Source of the DNA: an uncultured delta proteobacterium | GTDB lineage: Bacteria > Desulfobacterota > Binatia > Binatales > Binataceae | DNA length: 64,000 nucleotides | Direction of reading: 5' to 3' | Assembly: GCA_963808235.1 (NCBI GenBank) | Contig: CAWEEQ010000004.1 | Coordinates: 1,216,001-1,280,000, forward strand | Shown: positions 39,818-47,439 of the stretch, in pieces | How the letters are laid out: every line of letters begins with the position of its first letter | Position numbering within the stretch: position 1 is the stretch's first letter | The notes under the pieces: generated by a model | What the model saw: only the letters and a program-made list of their open reading frames with translations | What the model was told of the DNA's origin: nothing | The model's database searches: none | Program-made: the position numbers and the translations under genes

Positions 39818-40127
39818 CTATTGCATATGCGCGCCGATGGCGCCGGCCGCGGTTGAAGTGCTCGGCGCGGACTTGGGTCCGGCGACGTGCTTCAACGCCG
39901 GGTCATCGATCGCGACGCATCGAAAGTAAGCCGGCTTCGTCTTCAGTACGGCATTGCAGTCGCTCTCAGAGCCAAACGTCTTGAACGCGAGCCATTGCGA
40001 TAGAGGCGCCTTAGCATTGACCGCATAATTGCCGCTGGCAGTCCTTCGTCGGCGGAAAGATCGGCGGAGGCTGCATCAGGAACCAACCCGTCAACACGAT
40101 CGCCATCGCGTAATACTTTCGCATCAT
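39818..40127 (-). pseudogene. small secreted Cys-containing protein with one +1 frameshift (missed by the ORF track)
   Basis: Hand translation: MMRKYYAMAIVLTGWFLMQPPPIFPPTKD, then +1 shift, ASGNYAVNAKAPLSQWLAFKTFGSESDCNAVLKTKPAYFRCVAIDDPALK...MQ*. Span is 310 nt (3n+1) and fills the gap between acnA and the phosphotransferase gene. Confidence 0.6.
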
Positions 40128-40173
40128 CAAGCCGGTAGCAGATTTCGCAGGGTGAATGCGAGCGGGAGAGCGA

Positions 40174-41271
40174 TCACGCGGGCTGCGGCGCGATGTCGAG
40201 TCTGACCGAGGTGCCGCTCTTGCGCGTGGCGTAACGGCTCAGCAGCCTGACCACTGCGGGAGTCACTTCGCTGATCGCCTCGGGACGAAAGCCCACAGCC
40301 TCGGGGCCGCGCGCGCGCATCATGCCGAGCATCGAGAGTCGCAGCAGCGCGGCGACCGCCTGGCAGTAGCGGAAGCGCTCGAAGTTCATCGGCGCCATCG
40401 CATGATAGAGCGGCAGATACAAAGCCGCGAAGCTCGCGCGCAGCCCGTTGCCGACAAGGTTGTCGCGCATCCAGCGCGGCGTCTCGAGCGCCGACGACGA
40501 CAGAATGACCGCGGTCATCGCGGCGTCGAGATGGCGATCGCCAACGTCGGTGTTGACCCAATCGATAACGCCAGTGAGCCGCGTGCCATCTACCATCACA
40601 TTGAGCGGATGGTAATCCATGTGCACGATCGATTGTGCGCTCGAGCGAAAGAGCTGCGCGCGCTCGCTGACTCGGTTTAAGAGCTTCGCGAAGGCCGGGC
40701 AGGGGACCGTTCTCGACGCGCGCGGCGATGACCGCGAGTATGCGATCGAGTAGCGGCGATTCCTCGCCGGGCTGCCTGGGCCGGGAACGCGTGAGGAATC
40801 TCGCGCAGACCCGCATGCGGTGGGATCGTACTTGTGCAGCCGCGCCTGCGCGCGCACGAACGAAAAAAATCCGAGCGAGAAAGTTTTGAATGCGATCGGA
40901 AAGCTGCGCGCTCCGAACAGCGGAACGCCGCCAAGCCGCTGCATGATCAGAAACGGCGCGCCGAGTGCGCGATGGTCCGCTTCGAATGCGTAGGGGCGTG
41001 GCACCGCGAAGCCCGCGCCGAACAGCCGATCGATCGTGATGTGCTCGCGGATGCCTTTGGCGTCGGCCGCGGAGCCCTGGTAAAAGCGCAGCACGACCGG
41101 TTGGCCGACGGGGATATTCGGGCAGACGCTCGATCGCGCCTCGAGCGTGAGCTCAAACACCGTGGTCTCCCACCCGCTCGCGAGCACGCTCACCCGCGCG
41201 ACGGGTGCGCCAAGATAAGACGATAGATCGCGCGCAATCTCTTTTGGGTCGAGCATCAAACCGGGCGTCAT
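40174..41271 (-). CDS. aminoglycoside phosphotransferase (APH)-family kinase
   Basis: SGWET, VVLRFY, LGAPFLIMQR, VHMDYHPLNVM (HxDxxxxN), GVIDW; internal segment 40676-40820 appears frameshifted. Confidence 0.82.
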   Translation of the reverse strand: MTPGLMLDPKEIARDLSSYLGAPVARVSVLASGWETTVFELTLEARSSVCPNIPVGQPVVLRFYQGSAADAKGIREHITIDRLFGAGFAVPRPYAFEADHRALGAPFLIMQRLGGVPLFGARSFPIAFKTFSLGFFSFVRAQARLHKYDPTACGSARDSSRVPGPGSPARNRRYSIAYSRSSPRASRTVPCPAFAKLLNRVSERAQLFRSSAQSIVHMDYHPLNVMVDGTRLTGVIDWVNTDVGDRHLDAAMTAVILSSSALETPRWMRDNLVGNGLRASFAALYLPLYHAMAPMNFERFRYCQAVAALLRLSMLGMMRARGPEAVGFRPEAISEVTPAVVRLLSRYATRKSGTSVRLDIAPQPA

Positions 41272-41338
41272 ACTGCCGCGAACCGCAGCGTATTACACCG
41301 ACGCGAAAGCCGCAATTGAAACTGACACGCGTGTCAGG

Positions 41339-42523
41339 TTACAGGGGACGATTCGGAATAAGCGGACGCTGCTCGCCCGCGCCCGGCCCGGGCTTCGCTT
41401 CGGAGGGCTCCGCAGGCAGCGGACCCTGTTTGAGGGTCTCGTTGGGGAGCGTCTCTCCGTTTTTCTGGAATCGACCCTGCACCATCGACGAAAGCAGCGG
41501 ACCGCGACGGTCGCTGGTATCGATCGCCACCTCGACCGACAATCCAAGCCGAAGCGGCTTGTCCTCCGGCGGCGTCGATTCGAACACAATCTTCACCGGC
41601 ACTCGCTGCACGACTTTGACCCAGTTGCCGGTCGCATTTTCCGGCGGCAGCAGCGAGAACGCCGCGCCGGTCCCCATGCTGATCGAATCGACGTGTCCCT
41701 TGTACACGTAGCCGGGATAGATGTCCGCGACGACTTCCGCCTTCTGCCCGACCCGCACGTCGGTCAGTTGAGTCTCCTTGAAGTTCGCCGTGACGTAGAG
41801 CTTGCCGAGCGGAACCACCGCGAGCAGCGGCTCGCCGACCTGGACTCGATTGCCGACATGCGCGGTCTTATGGGTGATGACGCCGGCGAACGGCGCCGTC
41901 AGCTTCGTGTAAGCGAGATCGAGCTTGGCGGCTTCCAGAGCCGCTTCCGCCTGTTTCACGACCGGACGGTCGTAGTGCGAATGGTCCTGCGTCTCCGATC
42001 CGAGCGCGGCCTCGGCCTGCTGCAACTGATGCTGCGCGAGCGCTTCGTCCGCGATCGCAATCTTCAGACCCGTTTCCGCCTGATCGTATTGGGCGCTCGA
42101 TACGATGCCCTGGTTCTTCAACGACCTGGCGCGTTCGTAATCGATTCGCGCCTGCTTAGCCTGCGATGCCGCGAGTGAAACGCCCGACTTCGCCGCGCCC
42201 ACCCCCGAGTAGAGTTCATCGACAGACTGCTTGGCGCGATCGAGCTGAGCGCTGGCTTGCTGAACGCGCACGTCGAAGTCGCGCGAATCCAGGGTCAGCA
42301 GCAGATCGCCTTCCTTAACCGTCCAGTTGTCCTCGACGTACACATTGGTGACGGTGCCGGCGACTCGGGAAGAGACCAGCGCGACGGTGCCATCGACGTA
42401 AGCGTCGTCGGTGGAGACGTGGCTTTCGATGTACTGATAGTAGTGCCACGCGGGGATCAGTCCGGCGGCGATTGCGACTATCACCACCACTAACAAGACC
42501 CTGCGCAGGATTTGCGAATTCAT
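41339..42523 (-). CDS. HlyD/EmrA family membrane fusion protein
   Basis: N-terminal TM, STDDAYV, VTANFKETQL, FSLLPPENATGNWVKVVQRVPVKI. Confidence 0.92.
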   Translation of the reverse strand: MNSQILRRVLLVVVIVAIAAGLIPAWHYYQYIESHVSTDDAYVDGTVALVSSRVAGTVTNVYVEDNWTVKEGDLLLTLDSRDFDVRVQQASAQLDRAKQSVDELYSGVGAAKSGVSLAASQAKQARIDYERARSLKNQGIVSSAQYDQAETGLKIAIADEALAQHQLQQAEAALGSETQDHSHYDRPVVKQAEAALEAAKLDLAYTKLTAPFAGVITHKTAHVGNRVQVGEPLLAVVPLGKLYVTANFKETQLTDVRVGQKAEVVADIYPGYVYKGHVDSISMGTGAAFSLLPPENATGNWVKVVQRVPVKIVFESTPPEDKPLRLGLSVEVAIDTSDRRGPLLSSMVQGRFQKNGETLPNETLKQGPLPAEPSEAKPGPGAGEQRPLIPNRPL

Positions 42524-42565
42524 ACGATCGTTTAAGAGGCGGGAGGATCTACGTACGCGCTTCGA

Positions 42566-42619
42566 ATGATTGGATCATCTGTAATGAGGCTAACTATGAC
42601 GAATGCACAAGGCTGTCAA
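42566..42619 (-). promoter_or_regulatory. putative promoter (-35 TTGACA) and palindromic operator upstream of the EmrA-like gene
   Basis: TTGACA on the minus strand at 42614-42619; ATGAT-TGG-ATCAT inverted repeat at 42566-42578; -10 box unclear. Confidence 0.35.
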
Positions 42620-42712
42620 ACGACCGACCCTGATTCGCAGTTTCAACCCCAGCGTTGGTTCTTGATGGCGCGCAGCGCGATCGCACCGCGCTGACTCAGC
42701 ACCGCGCTAAAG

Positions 42713-43402
42713 TCATGGTTGGCGGATGATCGCGGACGGACCGGCGACCACCGTCGCCACCACCGCACCATTGAGCGTCATGTTGAGACTGAAGGTGCCG
42801 AAGTCGCGATTGATCGGAAAGAAAGTGCCGTCCACCTTTCCGTTCGGCGTATCGAACATGATTACTGTCGGAGCCCGATCCTTGACTACGAAACCGGTTT
42901 GAGAGTCCTCGACCAGCGCCGTGTAGGACGCTCTGACAGGACCACTGAGGAAAATTCGGAGGTCGGGAGACGCCGCCGGCGCGATATTAAGCAATTTGCC
43001 GCCGGTCTGAAGAGACACAATGCCAAAGGGCAAGTTGGTCGAGGCAACCCCGAGCAACGTAGTGCCGTTTATGATCTGGATACTCAGGCCGTTGGTGTCG
43101 TTAGAGGTCTTGGTCGCGACGATTATTGCCGGCAGGATGTTGTTGCAGATGACGATGCCCAGCGGAACGTTGCCCTGCACGACCCATGAAGATCGCGCGT
43201 TTGATACGGTCGCCGTAAACGGCGTGCCGGGAGTGCCCAGAATCCGGTAGGTGGTGAGCGGCGGCCCGCTCGGAGTATTACCGACGCTGCCTGAAAATCC
43301 ACCTTGATTGCTGTTGCAGCCAGCGACCCCAAGTGCGAACGCGGCGCCGAGCGCAGTCGTCCCGAGGACCTTTAGCAATTGCCTGATCGTGTGACGAGTC
43401 AT
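42713..43402 (-). CDS. hypothetical lipoprotein with two beta-rich domains
   Basis: Lipobox VAGC after a hydrophobic stretch; ATG 5 nt downstream of the previous stop. Confidence 0.75.
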   Translation of the reverse strand: MTRHTIRQLLKVLGTTALGAAFALGVAGCNSNQGGFSGSVGNTPSGPPLTTYRILGTPGTPFTATVSNARSSWVVQGNVPLGIVICNNILPAIIVATKTSNDTNGLSIQIINGTTLLGVASTNLPFGIVSLQTGGKLLNIAPAASPDLRIFLSGPVRASYTALVEDSQTGFVVKDRAPTVIMFDTPNGKVDGTFFPINRDFGTFSLNMTLNGAVVATVVAGPSAIIRQP

Positions 43403-43407
43403 CGCGA

Positions 43408-45591
43408 TCACAGATCCTGCCCGACGTTGTTGCATACGCCCGGGCAGCTCCCGTCAGGGTTCGAGCAGGTGGTCGGGCACTTCGGCGTCGAAGTCGATGT
43501 CGGCGTGGGAGTCGGCCCGCCGGTCGGAGTCGCGCTCGGTGACGGCGAACTGGTTGTCGTCGGCGTCGGACCCCCGACAATCGGCGCCTGTGGGACCGTC
43601 ACGAATGCTGGGTTCCCATCCGCGACCGGAGTCGGTGCCACCAATTGGGGAGTCGGCGTAGCTGTGACTGTGGAGGTGGCGGTCGGCGATGAAGTTGGCG
43701 GCGTCGGAAGTTCAAACTTTTGCACCGAGTACGTGTCACCGCCGGGAACGCAGAACGAATACGAATTGAGGGGATTATTGTTCGAACTAGGAGACTGATT
43801 CTGCACCGCCGTATTCGTTATCGCCACGCTGTTCTTCGCCAATACGACCGATGAGCCCAAGTCCGCGTTCGCGACTGTTCCCGTAATGCTGCCATGACCG
43901 GTGCAGGTGATCTTGTCGTCATTGGGGAAATCCTGACCCGTCACGGGAACGCACTCTCCCGGCCCTGGTGGCGTGAGTGGCCCTGTAACACCTGAGAGCA
44001 CCGCAATCGTGTGGCCTTGATAGGGATCGGTGACGCCTTGATAAAGATCGATTGTGGTCGCGAACAAGTCGAACGTTCTAGCGGCACCGGGCATGCCCGT
44101 AACGACGGTCGGCACGTTGATGGTGTAAGGAGGAGCCCCTCCGCTCGTCGATCTGACGATGACGGGCATCTTTAGCGCGCTCACAATGTTGTTCGTTCCC
44201 GCGTCTTCCGCGAACACCTGGACCAGCGTGGTCTGGCCCGGCAGCGGCGGCGTGATCGGGATAGTTCCGGATATGAAACCGGTGCTCAGCGCAATCTTAC
44301 ATGGGAAGGTCGACATGCCGGAGCCGCAAGTGCCATTGCCAGAAGTTGCGTTGGCAGGCGTGAGGAAAGAATCGTAGCCCGGCGCGGAGACCATCATTGC
44401 ATAAGTGTTGACCGCGGCGCTGGACGGCAGAATCGGGACGGCGGCGAACGCTGCGGGAACCAGGAGTGTCCCTGGCAGCGGAAAATTTCCCGCATTGTCG
44501 GTGTTGGCGGTCGCCACGCTGACGCACTCGGCAACGGTGGTCGGGTCCAGGCAATCAGCCGCTGTCACGGCCGGGTTGTTCTCCGGAGGTATCAGCAATT
44601 GGATGGTTGCCCCGGCGATCGGAGCCGCCGTGCAGTTGTCGGTAATTCTGCCCGATATGTGGCCGAGTGTCTGGTTGGTTTTGAGGTTGGTAAAATTCTG
44701 GACTATATTCCCGTTGGGCAAGAGCGTCGGGAGCCGGGCCGCGCCGTAGCTGTCTCCGCCGCCGGCCACCGCCAGATCATAGAGCGAGCCGAAGCCGCTG
44801 GCCGCAGGAAGCGCAAGGACATATTTTCCGGTCGTGAGGTCGATCGGAGCACTCGCGATTTCGGTGTTCGTGCCGATGGTTTGAGCGGTCACCGCCAGTT
44901 TGAGGGTTTTCTTGGCCTGGCTGCCGGCACCAGTTGGAAGGGTTCCCGTGACCGTGCCGAGGGTCGGGTTCGTAACCGCACTCATCCCAATGCTTACGGT
45001 GTAAGAGCCGCCGGGAACGACCGGGATCTTCGTCACCATCACGTTCAGCTGCATTATCAGTTGCGCCAGCTTGCCTTTGCCCGGACTGACGAGCGACGAT
45101 CCCTTCGGTACGATCAGGGTGATTGGAAGTCCCGCATTGGCGAGTTGAAACGGGTAGTTGATGCATCCTTCCAGCGTTCCGGATTTGGGACAATTGGGAA
45201 CGAGGGTGCCGGGGCTATTCGGATCGAGCACAAGCTCGGCGATATGGTAATTGCCAAGCCTGACTTTGGCGGTATTGAATAGCTGCGGTACGTTTTGCGA
45301 ATTGTTGAGGTCGATCTGCAAGGTCGGCGCGCTATTTCCGCCCCCGCCGCCGATTCCCGCCGGCACGTTGATCTTCTGCCACCTGGGGTCGGTGGGAGAG
45401 GCGCCCGAATTGGGATTGATCCGGACCGACTGAATATTGAGCAGAACGTTTTGAAAATTCGGCGGTGGAGCGCCAACAAAACCGACCTCGACGGGGGCCT
45501 TGCTGGCGGCCAGGGCCGGACCAACGCCCGCGAGTGCTATCGAGATGGCAATTACTAACGGCAGCGTCAGGCTGCGGACAGTCGGATACAC
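43408..45591 (-). CDS. large secreted beta-rich protein, DUF4382-like N-terminus, Pro/Thr linker, Cys-rich tail
   Basis: Signal peptide (ALA-A); FQNVLLNIQSVRIN...GNYHIAELVL resembles DUF4382; GHISGRITD..PIAGATI..VSAPGY carboxypeptidase-regulatory-like repeat; GAGGGAAGG RBS before GTG. Confidence 0.65.
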   Translation of the reverse strand: MYPTVRSLTLPLVIAISIALAGVGPALAASKAPVEVGFVGAPPPNFQNVLLNIQSVRINPNSGASPTDPRWQKINVPAGIGGGGGNSAPTLQIDLNNSQNVPQLFNTAKVRLGNYHIAELVLDPNSPGTLVPNCPKSGTLEGCINYPFQLANAGLPITLIVPKGSSLVSPGKGKLAQLIMQLNVMVTKIPVVPGGSYTVSIGMSAVTNPTLGTVTGTLPTGAGSQAKKTLKLAVTAQTIGTNTEIASAPIDLTTGKYVLALPAASGFGSLYDLAVAGGGDSYGAARLPTLLPNGNIVQNFTNLKTNQTLGHISGRITDNCTAAPIAGATIQLLIPPENNPAVTAADCLDPTTVAECVSVATANTDNAGNFPLPGTLLVPAAFAAVPILPSSAAVNTYAMMVSAPGYDSFLTPANATSGNGTCGSGMSTFPCKIALSTGFISGTIPITPPLPGQTTLVQVFAEDAGTNNIVSALKMPVIVRSTSGGAPPYTINVPTVVTGMPGAARTFDLFATTIDLYQGVTDPYQGHTIAVLSGVTGPLTPPGPGECVPVTGQDFPNDDKITCTGHGSITGTVANADLGSSVVLAKNSVAITNTAVQNQSPSSNNNPLNSYSFCVPGGDTYSVQKFELPTPPTSSPTATSTVTATPTPQLVAPTPVADGNPAFVTVPQAPIVGGPTPTTTSSPSPSATPTGGPTPTPTSTSTPKCPTTCSNPDGSCPGVCNNVGQDL

Positions 45592-45660
45592 AAATAGACC
45601 TTCCCTCAGAAAAACATCTACGAGAATTGGGTCAGCGATTGGGATAACCTAACGGATAAG

Positions 45661-45704
45661 CGAAGGCAAGATAACATCGTACGGAAGTACGAAGGCAAGA
45701 CAAC
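45661..45704. repeat. 15-bp direct repeat in a divergent promoter region
   Basis: CGAAGGCAAGATAAC (45661-45675) and CGAAGGCAAGACAAC (45690-45704). Confidence 0.7.
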
Positions 45705-45783
45705 GCGGTTGCAAGGTTTGAGCAGATTGCGGCGCTTGATAATCGACACCTCGATCCTCAGAATTAGTTATAGAGACACGAAC

Positions 45784-47430
45784 TTGTCGAATCGTAATTT
45801 CTACCTCGTTGTCCTCGTCCTTTTTTTTCTGCTCTGCCTCGCGCTTCGCACGCCGTCTGCCGATGCGAGCCTGAAAGTGTCGGTTGGAAACCCCGGTCTC
45901 GAGCACTTCGACTCCGACGGCGGCGTGCAACTCGATTTTGGCTTGACCGATCAGAACGGGAATCCGGTCGGCAACCTGAAGCCCGACAACGTCAAAGTTT
46001 TCGAAGACGGCAAGGAAGCCAAGATTCTTGACTTCCGCGGCGTCGGCCAGGGCCGCCCTGTGGATATCGTGTTCGTTCTGGACGTGACCGAATCGATGCA
46101 GCCCTATATCGACGCGGTAAAGCAGAACGTGATCACGTTCGCGCAGGAACTCCAATCCAACAGCCGCGACTACCGGCTGGGTCTTGTCACCTTCGAGGAT
46201 TACGTCGTCTCGAGTGTTCCCGACTGCAACTGCGAGTATCGCAACACGATGACCTCGGACGTGAAGAAGTTCACCGAATGGGTCGGCAGCCTGCATGCGG
46301 GCGGTGGCGGCGACATCCCCGAAGATCAGCTCGACGCGCTTGCCTACGCCGCGAAGTTTCCGTTTCGCCCCGAAGCCGAAGGCATCATCATAATCGTGAC
46401 CGACGCGCCGCCCCATCATGACGGCGACGGCTCCGCGGACACCGCTCACGACCAGGCGTTCTGGGACCATCATACTCACGGCGTGCAGGTGACGGATCTG
46501 ACCGGTGACAAAGTTGCCGCGATGCTCAAGAAGAACGGGCTCACTTTATACGCGGTCGTTCCGCCGCCGTTCATCGCGCCCGAATATCAGCAAATTGTCG
46601 ATGCGACCCATGGCCGCTCGTACAACATAATCACCGAAGAAGGCCGCTTCGCGTCGCTGGTGCGCGAAATCGGACATTCGATCGCGACCGAATATTCGCT
46701 GACCTATCGGACTCCGCGGGCGATCGAAGATGGCACCAATCGAAAGGTCGAGCTGAAGGTTGACTACAACAGTGAGGCCGGCGACGCCGCGACCTCGTAT
46801 CAAGTGCGCGGACTCGGCGGCGCGGCGATCAACGTCCCCAATGACACCGGGACGGCGGGCGAAAATGAGACCGGCACGGGACTTCGTCAATTCTCGTTCA
46901 ACTGGTGGAATTTGTTCGTGCCACTGATCGCGATCGTCGGCCTGTTCGGACTTTCGCGGTTGCGTTTTGGCGTCTCCGCTGAGGAGCTCAAGGCAATCGT
47001 CGATGCTCAGGGTCGCGGCGCACCGTCACAGATGGCCGCGCAAGCGACGCGGGCGCCTTCGCGTCCCATGCCGCGTGCGCCGCAAGCACGCGCACCGCAG
47101 CCGTCGGTGACCTCGCCGCGTGGAGCCGGCATGACCCAGGGCGCGCGGCTGGTCGCGCTCGATCGAATCGATCCGGTGCCGGCGGAATACTCGCTGATGA
47201 AAGACGAAATCTCGATCGGCCGCGGCGAGGAAAACGATGTCGTCATCCCGCATGCGAGCGTCTCGCGCCATCATGCGCGCCTGATGCGCCGCGACGGCGG
47301 CTTCGAGCTGATGGATCTGAATTCGACCAACGGCAGCTACGTCGACGATCGCCAGGTTCGCGGTTCGGCGTTCCTGAGCGCCGGCACTCAGCTCCGGCTG
47401 GGCGACATCCGCTTCGTGCTACAGCTTTAG
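45784..47430 (+). CDS. VWA domain - TM - FHA domain protein
   Basis: Signal peptide; VWA DIVFVLDVTESM, GGGDIPE, IIVTDAPP; TM WWNLFVPLIAIVGLFGL; FHA SIGRG..SRHHA..DLNSTNGS. Start uncertain (TTG 45784 or 45709). Confidence 0.85.
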   Translation: MSNRNFYLVVLVLFFLLCLALRTPSADASLKVSVGNPGLEHFDSDGGVQLDFGLTDQNGNPVGNLKPDNVKVFEDGKEAKILDFRGVGQGRPVDIVFVLDVTESMQPYIDAVKQNVITFAQELQSNSRDYRLGLVTFEDYVVSSVPDCNCEYRNTMTSDVKKFTEWVGSLHAGGGGDIPEDQLDALAYAAKFPFRPEAEGIIIIVTDAPPHHDGDGSADTAHDQAFWDHHTHGVQVTDLTGDKVAAMLKKNGLTLYAVVPPPFIAPEYQQIVDATHGRSYNIITEEGRFASLVREIGHSIATEYSLTYRTPRAIEDGTNRKVELKVDYNSEAGDAATSYQVRGLGGAAINVPNDTGTAGENETGTGLRQFSFNWWNLFVPLIAIVGLFGLSRLRFGVSAEELKAIVDAQGRGAPSQMAAQATRAPSRPMPRAPQARAPQPSVTSPRGAGMTQGARLVALDRIDPVPAEYSLMKDEISIGRGEENDVVIPHASVSRHHARLMRRDGGFELMDLNSTNGSYVDDRQVRGSAFLSAGTQLRLGDIRFVLQL

Positions 47431-47439
47431 TTCTCTACC

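Noticed and set aside
40011-40127. 38-aa Cys-rich peptide (…KDCQRQLCGQC*) as a RiPP precursor
   Set aside because: The Cys tail is better explained as the out-of-frame product of a +1 insertion in a longer ORF; no maturases adjacent.
43480-43710. Repeated GGAGTCGG/GTCGGC units
   Set aside because: Codon pattern of the Pro-Thr linker; not a CRISPR array or DNA-level repeat element.
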